Assembly: GCF_044324785.1 (NCBI RefSeq)
Contig: NZ_CP172127.1
Reading direction: 5' to 3' (one strand)
Source: Escherichia coli
GTDB taxonomy: Bacteria; Pseudomonadota; Gammaproteobacteria; Enterobacterales; Enterobacteriaceae
Length of the DNA stretch: 64,000 nucleotides
Within the stretch, counting starts at the first letter, position 1. Each line of letters opens with the position of its first letter. Of this stretch, positions 46,982-57,877 are shown one piece after another. The notes under the pieces are model-generated. The model worked only from the letters and a program-made list of their open reading frames with translations, made no database searches and was not told the DNA's origin. The translations under genes and the position numbers were made by a program.

Positions 46982-47935
46982 GTGGATAGTAATAATCAAA
47001 TTGAAACCTGTTTAAGCAGAAAGTCGTCAGAAGGTAAACCACAAATATTTACAACCTTACGAAATATTGATCTTAACCTTCTGACTATTTTTGAAGCTGT
47101 ATATGTACATAAAGGGATCGTTAATGCAGCGAAAGTGCTTAATCTGACACCCTCGGCAATCAGTCAGTCTATTCAGAAACTGCGCGTTATATTCCCTGAC
47201 CCATTGTTTATTCGCAAAGGCCAGGGTGTCACTCCTACCGCATTTGCGATGCATCTACATGAGTATATCAGTCAGGGCCTTGAGTCCATTCTTGGCGCGC
47301 TGGATATCGAAGGAAGCTATGATAAGCAACGAACGATAACTATTGCGACCACCCCCTCGGTCGGAGCCCTGGTCCTTCCTGTCATCTATCGGGCGATTAA
47401 AACTCACTATCCGCAGCTTTTACTGCGCAATCCGCCCATCAGCGACGCGGAAAACCAACTCAGTCAGTTTCAAACCGATCTCATCATCGATAACATGTTT
47501 TGCACCAATCGTACGGTGCAACATCATGTTCTGTTCACCGACAATATGGTGTTAATTTGCCGTGAGGGAAATCCACTACTCTCTTTAGAAGATGACAGGG
47601 AGACTATCGACAACGCTGCGCATATACTCCTGTTACCGGAAGGGCAAAATTTCAGCGGTCTGCGGCAGAGAGTTCAAGAGATGTTTCCGGACCGGCAAAT
47701 CAGTTTCACCAGCTACAACATTTTGACAATCGCTGCACTGGTTGCCAACAGTGACATGTTAGCGATTATTCCCAGCCGTTTTTATAACCTGTTTAGCCGT
47801 TGTTGGCCGCTAGAAAAACTGCCTTTTCCGTCCTTAAATGAGGAGCAAATAGATTTCTCTATCCACTACAACAAATTCAGCCTGCGTGATCCCATCCTGC
47901 ACGGGGTAATAGATGTTATCCGTAATGCATTTTGA
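46982..47935 (+). CDS. ybeF: LysR-type transcriptional regulator YbeF
   Basis: 317-aa ORF with GTG start; N-terminal HTH (LNLTPSAISQSIQKLR). Confidence 0.88.
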   Translation: MDSNNQIETCLSRKSSEGKPQIFTTLRNIDLNLLTIFEAVYVHKGIVNAAKVLNLTPSAISQSIQKLRVIFPDPLFIRKGQGVTPTAFAMHLHEYISQGLESILGALDIEGSYDKQRTITIATTPSVGALVLPVIYRAIKTHYPQLLLRNPPISDAENQLSQFQTDLIIDNMFCTNRTVQHHVLFTDNMVLICREGNPLLSLEDDRETIDNAAHILLLPEGQNFSGLRQRVQEMFPDRQISFTSYNILTIAALVANSDMLAIIPSRFYNLFSRCWPLEKLPFPSLNEEQIDFSIHYNKFSLRDPILHGVIDVIRNAF

Positions 47936-48143
47936 AAAAGTATTGTTACAGCCAGATCACAGCGAAGAGCGAAAAAATGGCACAATCCAACAACAATTTT
48001 ACATTTTCGCGACCGCTTTGGCTGCTTTCAGGTCCGTTTCAATGATATACTGCCAGTCGTTAATTCAAAAATAGTTGATAATTACAACAATCTATTGAAT
48101 TGAAACGCTTTCCTTCGTAATTCGCAACTGGAACACGCACGCT

Positions 48144-49109
48144 ATGAGTAAACCCATTGTGATGGAACGCGGTGTTAAATACCGCGATGCCGATAAGATG
48201 GCCCTTATCCCGGTTAAAAACGTGGCAACAGAGCGCGAAGCCCTGCTGCGCAAGCCGGAATGGATGAAAATCAAGCTTCCAGCGGACTCTACACGTATCC
48301 AGGGCATCAAAGCCGCAATGCGCAAAAATGGCCTGCATTCTGTCTGCGAGGAAGCCTCCTGCCCTAACCTGGCGGAATGCTTCAACCACGGCACAGCAAC
48401 GTTTATGATCCTCGGCGCTATTTGTACCCGCCGTTGTCCGTTCTGTGACGTTGCCCACGGTCGCCCGGTAGCTCCGGATGCCAATGAACCAGTGAAACTG
48501 GCGCAGACCATTGCCGATATGGCGTTGCGTTATGTGGTTATCACCTCCGTTGACCGTGATGACCTGCGCGATGGCGGTGCCCAGCACTTTGCGGATTGCA
48601 TTACTGCCATTCGGGAAAAAAGCCCGCAAATCAAAATTGAAACTCTGGTGCCGGATTTCCGCGGTCGTATGGATCGTGCTCTGGATATTCTGACCGCCAC
48701 ACCACCAGATGTGTTCAACCATAACCTGGAAAACGTACCGCGTATTTACCGTCAGGTACGGCCTGGTGCAGATTACAACTGGTCGCTGAAGCTGCTGGAA
48801 CGCTTTAAAGAAGCGCATCCGGAAATCCCGACCAAGTCTGGTCTGATGGTGGGTCTGGGTGAAACCAATGAAGAAATTATTGAGGTAATGCGCGACCTGC
48901 GCCGTCATGGTGTGACGATGCTAACGCTGGGGCAATATTTGCAGCCAAGCCGCCATCACCTGCCGGTTCAACGTTACGTTAGCCCGGATGAGTTCGACGA
49001 AATGAAAGCCGAAGCGCTGGCGATGGGCTTTACCCATGCTGCATGCGGTCCGTTTGTCCGCTCGTCTTACCACGCCGATTTGCAGGCGAAAGGGATGGAA
49101 GTTAAGTAA
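48144..49109 (+). CDS. lipA: Lipoyl synthase (radical SAM)
   Basis: 321-aa ORF; cysteine motifs [12 protein letters not shown] and CTRRCPFC. Confidence 0.97.
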
Positions 49110-49140
49110 TCCTGTAATAATTACTTACATCTGTCTGATA

Positions 49141-49170
49141 AAAAACCCGCTTTTTGAAGCGGGTTTTTTG
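49141..49170. terminator. Bidirectional rho-independent terminator between lipA and tatE
   Basis: AAAAACCCGCTT-TTTG-AAGCGGGTTTTTTG, symmetric A/T runs. Confidence 0.8.
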
Positions 49171-49209
49171 TATCGAACAAGATATTGAGGGAGCGTCCTG
49201 CTCGCCACG

Positions 49210-49413
49210 TCACTCTTTATGAGAGAGCTTTTCAGCCTGAAGATCAACGTCTGCGCCTTTTTTCGCCGCAGCATCGTCATCATTCATCGCCTTCTTGAAC
49301 CCTTTAATGGCCGCTCCAAGGTCTCCGCCCAGCGTACGTAACTTCTTAGTCCCAAACAGCAGAACGACCAGCGCCGCAACTACCAGCAGTTTGGTAATAC
49401 TAATCTCACCCAT
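49210..49413 (-). CDS. tatE: Twin-arginine translocase subunit TatE
   Basis: 67-aa [36 protein letters not shown]... Confidence 0.95.
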   Translation of the reverse strand: MGEISITKLLVVAALVVLLFGTKKLRTLGGDLGAAIKGFKKAMNDDDAAAKKGADVDLQAEKLSHKE

Positions 49414-49541
49414 AGATACCTTCTTGACATATAACCGGCAACAGAACGCGCCTTAAAAACCAGAGAATATTAACGGTCATTCGACGCGCGCACACAATAG
49501 CAATCTGTAACAAGGTGAATCAAGCGCCGAGTAAAAAAACA

Positions 49542-50336
49542 TCATAATAATTGCGGCGGCGCAAAGCGACGGTTGTTTAAGACGGGCAGTTGCGCGCGCA
49601 CCTGACGCACACGTTCAGGCGTCACTTCCGCCATAATGAGTGCAGGCATTTCTGACGCTGCCGCAATGGTGACGCCAAAGGGATCTATAATTCGGCTTTG
49701 CCCGATATTTTTGTTCCCGCACTCCCCCGCCGCCACCATATAACAGGTGGTATCCAGCGCACGAGCGGCAAGCAACGTTGACCAGTGATGCTCTTTGAGC
49801 GGCCCACGAACCCAGGCGGCAGGAAGTACCAGGATTTCAGCTCCCTGTAATGCCTGTGCCAGCGCCAGCTCTGGAAAGCGTAAGTCATAACAGGTCATCA
49901 GACCGACCTTCATCCCTTCCACCTCCAGTAACGGAGCTATTTCATTACCAGCATCAACATGGCGTGATTCCTGAATGGCAAATGCATCATAGAGATGCAG
50001 TTTGGCATAACGGGCGACGATGTTTCCTGCCTGTAGCGCCACCAGCATATTCCATGCGCGCCCCGGCGTTGAAGGAACATGAATCGTCAGAATTGTCGTC
50101 ATCATGTTACGTTTACTTTCTCGCCGTAAACGTCCGAGGAATTCGCCTTCCAGCAGCTGTGCTGATTTAACCGATAGATCTGCATCATGATCATCACGCG
50201 CCAACAATGCTTCCGGCAGGACAAACAGCGAAACGTCGTTTTCCGCCGCCTGCGCCATCAACGAGGCACAAATCTCAGCGTTCTTTTCCCACACAGATGT
50301 AACAGCAAACTGTCCTGCGGCAACCAGCATTGCCAC
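49542..50336 (-). CDS. ybeM: YbeM, C-N hydrolase (nitrilase superfamily) protein, apparently intact
   Basis: 264-aa uninterrupted ORF with E...K...C triad context ([10 protein letters not shown]); true start may be the third codon. Confidence 0.8.
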   Translation of the reverse strand: MAMLVAAGQFAVTSVWEKNAEICASLMAQAAENDVSLFVLPEALLARDDHDADLSVKSAQLLEGEFLGRLRRESKRNMMTTILTIHVPSTPGRAWNMLVALQAGNIVARYAKLHLYDAFAIQESRHVDAGNEIAPLLEVEGMKVGLMTCYDLRFPELALAQALQGAEILVLPAAWVRGPLKEHHWSTLLAARALDTTCYMVAAGECGNKNIGQSRIIDPFGVTIAAASEMPALIMAEVTPERVRQVRAQLPVLNNRRFAPPQLL

Positions 50337-50425
50337 CTCCTCCTGTCAGAGTCGTAAAATTCGCCAACGGCGATTATTCGGCGTTACACTTATCACTCAT
50401 ACAAATCAAATAGCAGGATTTTGCA

Positions 50426-50809
50426 GTGTTACAACTTCTTTTAGCAGTTTTTATTGGCGGTGGTACGGGAAGCGTGGCGAGATGGCTGTTAAGTATGCGA
50501 TTTAACCCGCTGCATCAAGCGATTCCGCTGGGGACGCTGGCTGCAAACCTGATTGGGGCATTCATCATAGGAATGGGATTCGCCTGGTTTAGCAGGATGA
50601 CGAACATTGATCCAGTGTGGAAAGTATTAATCACCACCGGATTTTGTGGCGGTCTAACAACCTTCTCAACATTTTCGGCAGAAGTGGTGTTTTTGTTACA
50701 AGAGGGCCGCTTTGGCTGGGCGTTACTGAACGTTTTCGTCAACCTTTTGGGGTCTTTTGCCATGACCGCACTGGCTTTCTGGCTGTTTTCCGCCTCAACC
50801 GCACACTAA
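50426..50809 (+). CDS. crcB: Fluoride channel CrcB/FluC
   Basis: 127-aa four-TM ORF with GTG/TTG-type start; conserved [11 protein letters not shown]. Confidence 0.94.
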
Positions 50810-50813
50810 AGAC

Positions 50814-50844
50814 CAAAAAAACCCGCTGATTAAGCGGGTTTTGA
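50814..50844. terminator. Bidirectional terminator between crcB and cspE
   Basis: AAAAAAACCCGCT-GATTA-AGCGGGTTTTG. Confidence 0.8.
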
Positions 50845-50861
50845 ATTCTTGCTGACGTATC

Positions 50862-51071
50862 TTACAGAGCGATTACGTTTGCAGCAGAAGGGCCTTTGGC
50901 ACCGTTAGTGATTTCGAACTCTACGCGCTGACCTTCAGCAAGAGTTTTAAAACCATTAGTCTGGATTGCAGAGAAGTGTACGAACACGTCTTTGCTGCCG
51001 TCTTCCGGAGTAATGAAACCGAATCCTTTGGACTCATTAAACCACTTAACGTTACCTTTAATCTTAGACAT
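50862..51071 (-). CDS. cspE: Cold-shock-like protein CspE
   Basis: 69 aa [20 protein letters not shown]... (RNP1 motif); track ORF extends upstream to an alternative start. Confidence 0.95.
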
Positions 51072-51245
51072 CAAAATTACCTTTACATGAAAAATAGACA
51101 CAAATGCTGTGTCGGTTACCAGTACACCAATTGTGGTACGCTTTGTCCAGTGCAACTTTACTAAAAAGTGATAAAAGTCGCGTTATTTTTGATGTTACTT
51201 ATTTTAGTTATTGATTTTAAAGAAGTTACTAAAACTTCATTTGTC

Positions 51246-51806
51246 TCAAAACTGAAAGCGCATCCAGGCAAAGTACACATTGCCATTGTTGTAGGTACCC
51301 GGAATGTAGGTCATCTGAAAAGTCACTGGACCATAACCCACAGAGGCCAATGGCAGTAGAACCGGGAGAGGGATGTAATTCCAGTTATCGCGTGCCGTTA
51401 CGCCAGCGGTGAATCCCAGACCTAAATGAAAATTTTCATCCGCCAGCGGTCGCCAGGTACTTTCCCATCCGTATCCGGCAATCGGTTCCCATTTGTTCCA
51501 CGAGTCCTTAAATGCCATGGCATACAGGCCATGCCAGTTTCCTTTTTCATCCCAACGCGACAGGCCAAAACCGCCACCCCACGGTCGCTCGTTATAGCGA
51601 TCGGTTTTTTCTTTGTCGTAAGCGAAACGTGCATGCCAGGTGATGGCAGGAATATATAAATCATAATGTTCAGGCTGTTGCCAGGTTTGTGCAATATTTT
51701 CTCTAAACGTTGTCATCCACTCATCTGCGTTAGCAAAAACTTTACCAACGCTGATTAACTGAATAAAAACAAAGGAAAAGATAGCGACATATTTACTCAC
51801 GTTCAT
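51246..51806 (-). CDS. pagP: Lipid A palmitoyltransferase PagP (CrcA)
   Basis: 186 aa from [25 protein letters not shown] (signal peptide); outer-membrane beta-barrel ending ...RFQF. Confidence 0.93.
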   Translation of the reverse strand: MNVSKYVAIFSFVFIQLISVGKVFANADEWMTTFRENIAQTWQQPEHYDLYIPAITWHARFAYDKEKTDRYNERPWGGGFGLSRWDEKGNWHGLYAMAFKDSWNKWEPIAGYGWESTWRPLADENFHLGLGFTAGVTARDNWNYIPLPVLLPLASVGYGPVTFQMTYIPGTYNNGNVYFAWMRFQF

Positions 51807-52394
51807 TTGTGACCATAAAACATTTATCAAAAATCTACTACCAGCATAGCAAAGCTACAATTAACATAACCTTAATAGCCCCAACATAAAGAATAATCTG
51901 AATAGCTGCTCTATTTATTTCCGCTTGTTTAAGTTAAATATTTCCGCGCATCGATTAAAGATGATGCGTCGTTTTCTGCGATGGGAATAGTCAAAAAAGA
52001 AAAACCAAGTCTTTTTTGATGACAAAATGCAATCAAGGAAAAATTATTTTATTTTTTAACGAGATACAACAATCATCTTAACGAAGTATATAATATATAT
52101 CGTCAACCCATGCTCATGATAGATTATTTTATGAGCACGCAACCGCAGCTAACACCATTGCAATTAACAAATTTGCATCAATCCTCCATCAATTTACACA
52201 CATTATTATGTGATAATTGCCAACCGCTAAATATGCGTTTTGTTATCTATGTATAAAAACAGCAACTTCAATGTCTTAATGGCAGTTTTTCTTGATTTTA
52301 ATCAGCATTCATCGCCAATTTATTGGGCATATTTTTTCCTTAAGCTTTAGGAATTTTTTATTATTTACTTTGGGGCCTGGAGACAGGAAAAATT

Positions 52395-53780
52395 ATGCTG
52401 ACATTCATTGAACTCCTTATTGGGGTTGTGGTTATTGTGGGTGTAGCTCGCTACATCATTAAAGGGTATTCCGCCACTGGCGTGTTATTTGTCGGTGGCC
52501 TGTTATTGCTGATTATCAGTGCCATTATGGGGCACAAAGTGTTACCGTCCAGCCAGGCTTCAACAGGCTACAGCGCCACGGATATCGTTGAATACGTTAA
52601 AATATTGCTAATGAGCCGCGGCGGCGACCTCGGCATGATGATTATGATGCTGTGTGGCTTTGCCGCTTACATGACCCATATCGGCGCGAATGATATGGTG
52701 GTCAAGCTGGCGTCAAAACCATTGCAGTATATTAACTCCCCTTACCTGCTGATGATTGCCGCCTATTTTGTCGCCTGTCTGATGTCTCTGGCCGTCTCTT
52801 CCGCGACCGGTCTGGGTGTTTTGCTGATGGCAACCCTGTTTCCGGTGATGGTAAACGTTGGTATCAGCCGTGGTGCAGCTGCTGCTATTTGTGCCTCCCC
52901 GGCGGCGATTATTCTCGCACCGACTTCAGGGGATGTGGTGCTGGCGGCGCAGGCTTCCGAAATGTCGCTGATTGACTTCGCCTTCAAAACGACGCTGCCT
53001 ATCTCAATTGCTGCAATTATCGGCATGGCGATCGCCCACTTCTTCTGGCAACGTTATCTGGATAAAAAAGAGCACATCTCTCATGAAATGTTAGATGTCA
53101 GTGAAATCACCACCACTGCTCCTGCGTTTTATGCCATTTTGCCGTTCACGCCGATCATCGGAGTGCTGATTTTTGACGGCAAATGGGGTCCGCAATTACA
53201 CATCATCACTATTCTGGTGATTTGTATGCTGATTGCCTCCATTCTGGAGTTCATCCGCAGCTTTAATACCCAGAAAGTTTTCTCTGGTCTGGAAGTGGCT
53301 TATCGCGGGATGGCAGATGCATTTGCAAACGTGGTGATGCTGCTGGTTGCCGCTGGGGTATTCGCTCAGGGGCTTAGCACCATCGGCTTTATTCAAAGTC
53401 TGATTTCTATCGCTACCTCGTTTGGTTCGGCGAGCATCATCCTGATGCTGGTATTGGTGATCCTGACAATGCTGGCGGCAGTCACGACCGGTTCAGGCAA
53501 TGCGCCGTTTTATGCGTTTGTTGAGATGATCCCGAAACTGGCGCACTCTTCCGGCATTAACCCGGCGTATTTGACTATCCCAATGCTGCAGGCGTCAAAC
53601 CTCGGCCGTACCCTGTCACCCGTTTCTGGCGTAGTCGTTGCGGTTGCCGGGATGGCGAAAATCTCACCATTTGAAGTCGTAAAACGCACCTCGGTGCCGG
53701 TGCTTGTTGGGCTGGTGATTGTTATCGTTGCTACAGAGCTGATGGTGCCAGGAACGGCAGCCGCGGTCACAGGCAAGTAA
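52395..53780 (+). CDS. dcuC: Anaerobic C4-dicarboxylate transporter DcuC
   Basis: 461-aa polytopic ORF preceded by a long AT-rich leader. Confidence 0.94.
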   Translation: MLTFIELLIGVVVIVGVARYIIKGYSATGVLFVGGLLLLIISAIMGHKVLPSSQASTGYSATDIVEYVKILLMSRGGDLGMMIMMLCGFAAYMTHIGANDMVVKLASKPLQYINSPYLLMIAAYFVACLMSLAVSSATGLGVLLMATLFPVMVNVGISRGAAAAICASPAAIILAPTSGDVVLAAQASEMSLIDFAFKTTLPISIAAIIGMAIAHFFWQRYLDKKEHISHEMLDVSEITTTAPAFYAILPFTPIIGVLIFDGKWGPQLHIITILVICMLIASILEFIRSFNTQKVFSGLEVAYRGMADAFANVVMLLVAAGVFAQGLSTIGFIQSLISIATSFGSASIILMLVLVILTMLAAVTTGSGNAPFYAFVEMIPKLAHSSGINPAYLTIPMLQASNLGRTLSPVSGVVVAVAGMAKISPFEVVKRTSVPVLVGLVIVIVATELMVPGTAAAVTGK

Positions 53781-53820
53781 ATAGTCATGCCGGAGGCAAG
53801 TTTCCTCCGGCTTTATCATG

Positions 53821-54501
53821 TCACCCACTGTGGTATATGCGTTGCGGTCTGCCAACTTTGCCGTGAACAATTTCAGCAATAATCAGATGGCGGCTGGCGC
53901 AATATTCAAGATAACGTCTGGCAGTGGTGCGGCTGATAGTCAGTGCCTGCGCCACCGTTTCTGCCGTATGTTGCACACCAGGCTCTTTAAACAGTTTTCG
54001 CACTGCGTTTAGCGTCAAGGGGTCAATGCCGGTCGGCAGTTCGTCTTTGGGTTCACCGCGAGCATAGGCATTAAACATCTCATCAATTTGCTTCTGGCTG
54101 GCGCTATCAATACTTTCCAGCATATGTTTACGCTGGCGGAAGCGGGTTAGCGTTTGCCCCAGCCGTTCATAGGCAATTGGCTTAATGAGATAATCAAATA
54201 CACCACAACGTACGGCTTCAGACACCGTTTCCATATCACTGGCTGCAGTGGTAAACACCACGTCGCCGGGATAATGCGCCTGCACCAGTTCATGCAGTAA
54301 ATTAATCCCTCTACCGTCAGGAAGATAGTTATCAAGCAAGATTAGCCCCGGCTTAAAACGCTCGATCATCATTCGGGCCTGCGCCAGGTTTCCCGCCAGT
54401 AATATCTGACTGAATCCGGGAATGTGACGAATATATTCCGCATGCATCTCTGCCAGCGGCGTTTCGTCCTCAACGATCAATAGGGTTAATGGAGCTGTCA
54501 T
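53821..54501 (-). CDS. dpiA: Response regulator DpiA (CitB)
   Basis: 226-aa ORF, receiver domain with phospho-acceptor Asp context (LILLDNYLPDG) and C-terminal HTH. Confidence 0.94.
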   Translation of the reverse strand: MTAPLTLLIVEDETPLAEMHAEYIRHIPGFSQILLAGNLAQARMMIERFKPGLILLDNYLPDGRGINLLHELVQAHYPGDVVFTTAASDMETVSEAVRCGVFDYLIKPIAYERLGQTLTRFRQRKHMLESIDSASQKQIDEMFNAYARGEPKDELPTGIDPLTLNAVRKLFKEPGVQHTAETVAQALTISRTTARRYLEYCASRHLIIAEIVHGKVGRPQRIYHSG

Positions 54502-56128
54502 TAGGTTTCACTTTCGGAATATAGATTGAAAATAAGGTACCGCAGGGATCATTATCTTCGAGAGTGATAACACCACCGCAGCGCGTTACGTAGCTGGCAA
54601 TCAAGTACAACCCAATGCCATGTTCGCCGGGCTCGTCAGCACGCGTACTGACACCCTGCTCAAATATTTTGTCTCGTAGAGACTCTGGAACGCCGCAGCC
54701 CTGATCGGCGACTTCAATCACCACATCATCGCCTTCATCGCTGAGGAATAATTCAACGATCTTGTTTCCTTCATCGCTACGTAGGCTGGCTTCGAAGGCG
54801 TTATCAAGTAAATTGCCAACAATGGCTGCAAACTCGGTGCTGTCCAGTCCTGGCGGCAGTTGCGAAAGCTGACTTCCGGGGACGATGACCATTTTTAGCC
54901 CCAGTTCGCGGGCGCGCTGCACTTTACCAAAAAGCAGCCCCGCCACCTGGCGATCGGCAAACGCCTCGCGCAGGCTATCAATAAGCTGTTGCTGGGCCTG
55001 AGACTCCCCCTGCACCATCGCCAACACGCGATCATACTCTTTCATCTGCAACAGACCATTGAGCGTCGACATCCAATTGAGATGCTCGTGTCGCAATGTG
55101 CGCAGGCTCTCGACGTATTGTTTAATTTGCGTCAGTTGCGCATTGAGGGTGGATATTTCGTCTTTACTACGAAAGCTGATAATGGCCCCCAGCAAATCAT
55201 CACCTGAACGAATAGCTTCCCGGTTGGCAATAACGCTCAGACCGTTAAAGTTCGCCACCACATCCTGACGTTTTTCATCAATCTGTTCGGTAAAGAAATC
55301 GGCGGGCCTGACCACTTCAGCAATGGGTTTACCCAACCATTGCCGTCCGGGGGAACTCAGACCCAGCATCTTTCTTGCGTTACGATTGATGGCGGTAATG
55401 TAACCATGCGGATCCACCGCAATGAGCCCTTCATAAACCGAACTAAACAGCGCCTCTTGCTGACGGACCACGCGTGCGATTTGCTTTGGCTCCATGCCCA
55501 TCATCTGCCGACGGATATGCGCGGCCAGGAACCACGATAGCAACATCAGAATCCCTAACAGCACGACAAACACGCCAGCCATCGGTAATAAAAACTCAGC
55601 CCGCCAGCTATCAATTTTACTCACCAGGTAGCCAATCGACACCACGCCGATGACTTTTCCATCGTCATCAAAGATTGGCGTTTTGGCACGCATCGCCATG
55701 CCAATTGACCCTTTCCCGGTGATGAAGTAGCTCTCTCCTTTCTCCAGCGCGCCCGGTTTGGTGAACTGCATAGGATAACCAATTTTCTCCGGATTAGGAT
55801 GGTAAAGACGAATCGAGTGCCGATCGCCAATCACCACATAATCAAAATCGGTATCTCTTTGTAATTTGTTAGCGATGGTCGCCAGCCTCTTGTAGTCACG
55901 CGTTTTCACTGCGCTGATGATACTGTCATTAGAAGCAATAATTTTTGCCTGATTCATTGCCATGTCGCGCACATGAAGCGTTAAATAGTCCTCAAAACTG
56001 GCCGTAAAATATTGCGCCAGGGCTGCAATGACAAATATTGAGAACACCAGAATCAGCAAAAAGATACGCAGCGGAAATGCCAGTCTTTGGAAAAATGCAA
56101 ACTGTTTATTCTCGTTAAGCTGCAACAT
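54470..56128 (-). CDS. dpiB: Sensor histidine kinase DpiB (CitA)
   Basis: 552 aa from MLQLNENKQF; two TM segments, periplasmic domain, PAS, H-box and ATPase domain; 32-nt overlap with dpiA. Confidence 0.93.
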   Translation of the reverse strand: MLQLNENKQFAFFQRLAFPLRIFLLILVFSIFVIAALAQYFTASFEDYLTLHVRDMAMNQAKIIASNDSIISAVKTRDYKRLATIANKLQRDTDFDYVVIGDRHSIRLYHPNPEKIGYPMQFTKPGALEKGESYFITGKGSIGMAMRAKTPIFDDDGKVIGVVSIGYLVSKIDSWRAEFLLPMAGVFVVLLGILMLLSWFLAAHIRRQMMGMEPKQIARVVRQQEALFSSVYEGLIAVDPHGYITAINRNARKMLGLSSPGRQWLGKPIAEVVRPADFFTEQIDEKRQDVVANFNGLSVIANREAIRSGDDLLGAIISFRSKDEISTLNAQLTQIKQYVESLRTLRHEHLNWMSTLNGLLQMKEYDRVLAMVQGESQAQQQLIDSLREAFADRQVAGLLFGKVQRARELGLKMVIVPGSQLSQLPPGLDSTEFAAIVGNLLDNAFEASLRSDEGNKIVELFLSDEGDDVVIEVADQGCGVPESLRDKIFEQGVSTRADEPGEHGIGLYLIASYVTRCGGVITLEDNDPCGTLFSIYIPKVKPNDSSINPIDR

Positions 56129-56188
56129 TGTTTTCCTTGCGGGTTGTCCCGAGCCTCTTTGACGAATGTAATTAAAATGTTGAATCAA

Positions 56189-56507
56189 AATACATAGATA
56201 TTAAATATAATCGTGGCAAATTTTATTCATTAAATCAATTAAATCACTTAAACCTGCGGGTCATTTCGTAATTACATTAATTAAAAAACTTAAAACCATT
56301 AAATAAATAAAAAACCACTAACTCTATGTGAAATAAATCAAAATTTCACGCTGCAATACTCCTTAGGATGTATAGCGAAAGGAGAAAAAGATATACCTCG
56401 ATCGCCCCCCTTTCTCCCAAGTGAAAATAAAAGGTTATCAGTTTGCAACATCGAACAACATTCGTTGCAAATCGATAACAACATGCACCTTCAGGATACT
56501 ATTTATT
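56189..56507. promoter_or_regulatory. Divergent dpiB / citC control region, AT-rich with short direct repeats
   Basis: About 320 bp intergenic with repeated CATTAAAT / TTAAATCA motifs (for example near 56239-56265). Confidence 0.5.
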
Positions 56508-57566
56508 ATGTTCGGCAATGATATTTTCACCCGTGTAAAACGTTCAGAAAATAAAAAAATGGCGGAAATCGCCCAATTCCTGCATGAAAATGATTTGAGC
56601 GTTGACACCACAGTCGAAGTATTTATTACCGTAACCCGCGATGAAAAGCTTATCGCGTGCGGTGGAATTGCCGGAAATATTATTAAATGCGTTGCTATCA
56701 GTGAATCCGTTCGCGGTGAAGGACTGGCGCTGACATTAGCCACCGAGCTAATTAACCTCGCCTATGAGCGGCACAGCACGCATCTGTTTATTTATACCAA
56801 AACCGAATACGAGGCGCTGTTCCGCCAGTGCGGTTTTTCCACGCTGACCAGTGTACCCGGCGTGATGGTGCTGATGGAAAACAGCGCCACGCGACTGAAA
56901 CGCTATGCCGAATCGCTGAAAAAATTTCGTCATCCAGGGAACAAGATTGGCTGCATTGTGATGAACGCCAATCCCTTTACGAATGGTCACCGTTATCTGA
57001 TTCAACAGGCTGCAGCACAGTGCGACTGGCTGCATCTGTTTTTAGTTAAAGAAGATTCTTCACGCTTTCCCTATGAAGACCGGCTGGATCTGGTGTTAAA
57101 AGGCACCGCCGATATTCCACGCCTGACTGTGCATCGCGGCTCCGAATACATCATCTCCCGCGCTACGTTCCCTTGCTACTTCATTAAAGAACAGAGCGTC
57201 ATTAACCATTGTTACACCGAAATTGATCTGAAGATTTTCCGTCAGTACCTCGCTCCCGCGCTGGGTGTAACTCACCGCTTTGTCGGTACTGAACCCTTTT
57301 GTCGCGTTACCGCCCAGTACAACCAGGATATGCGCTACTGGCTGGAAACGCCGACTATCTCCGCACCGCCCATCGAACTGGTTGAAATTGAGCGGCTGCG
57401 TTACCAGGAGATGCCGATATCCGCTTCCCGGGTACGTCAACTGCTGGCGAAAAACGATCTCACGGCTATCGCGCCGCTGGTCCCTGCAGTCACGCTGCAT
57501 TATTTGCAGAACCTGCTTGAGCACTCCCGCCAGGACGCGGCAGCTCGTCAAAAGACCCCCGCATGA
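56508..57566 (+). CDS. citC: [Citrate lyase] ligase CitC
   Basis: 352 aa from MFGNDIFTRVK; track ORF extends 29 codons upstream from a GTG. Confidence 0.92.
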   Translation: MFGNDIFTRVKRSENKKMAEIAQFLHENDLSVDTTVEVFITVTRDEKLIACGGIAGNIIKCVAISESVRGEGLALTLATELINLAYERHSTHLFIYTKTEYEALFRQCGFSTLTSVPGVMVLMENSATRLKRYAESLKKFRHPGNKIGCIVMNANPFTNGHRYLIQQAAAQCDWLHLFLVKEDSSRFPYEDRLDLVLKGTADIPRLTVHRGSEYIISRATFPCYFIKEQSVINHCYTEIDLKIFRQYLAPALGVTHRFVGTEPFCRVTAQYNQDMRYWLETPTISAPPIELVEIERLRYQEMPISASRVRQLLAKNDLTAIAPLVPAVTLHYLQNLLEHSRQDAAARQKTPA

Positions 57567-57580
57567 GAAACAGGTGAAAA

Positions 57581-57877
57581 ATGAAAATAAACCAGCCCGC
57601 CGTTGCAGGCACCCTTGAGTCTGGGGATGTGATGATACGCATCGCCCCACTCGATACGCAGGATATCGACCTGCAAATCAACAGCAGCGTTGAAAAACAG
57701 TTTGGTGATGCCATTCGCACCACCATTCTGGACGTTCTCGCCCGCTACAACGTGCGCGGCGTACAGCTGAATGTCGATGACAAAGGCGCACTGGACTGCA
57801 TTTTACGTGCACGACTGGAAGCCCTGCTGGCACGCGCCAGCGGTATCCCGGCTCTGCCATGGGAGGATTGCCAATGA
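57581..57877 (+). CDS. citD: Citrate lyase acyl carrier protein (gamma subunit)
   Basis: 98-aa [24 protein letters not shown]... Confidence 0.95.

Noticed and set aside
50337-50425. Possible fluoride riboswitch upstream of crcB
   Set aside because: Only about 89 nt of spacer and no recognisable crcB-motif pseudoknot; from memory E. coli crcB lacks the riboswitch.
51900-51950. Possible PhoP box (TGTTTA direct repeat) upstream of pagP
   Set aside because: Only one hexamer (TGTTTA near 51930) matches; the second half-site is poor, so I cannot support a site call from sequence alone.
52016-52036. FNR-like half-sites TTGAT...ATCAA upstream of dcuC
   Set aside because: Half-sites are separated by 11 nt rather than the 4 nt of the FNR consensus TTGAT-N4-ATCAA; kept only as an unexplained palindrome.
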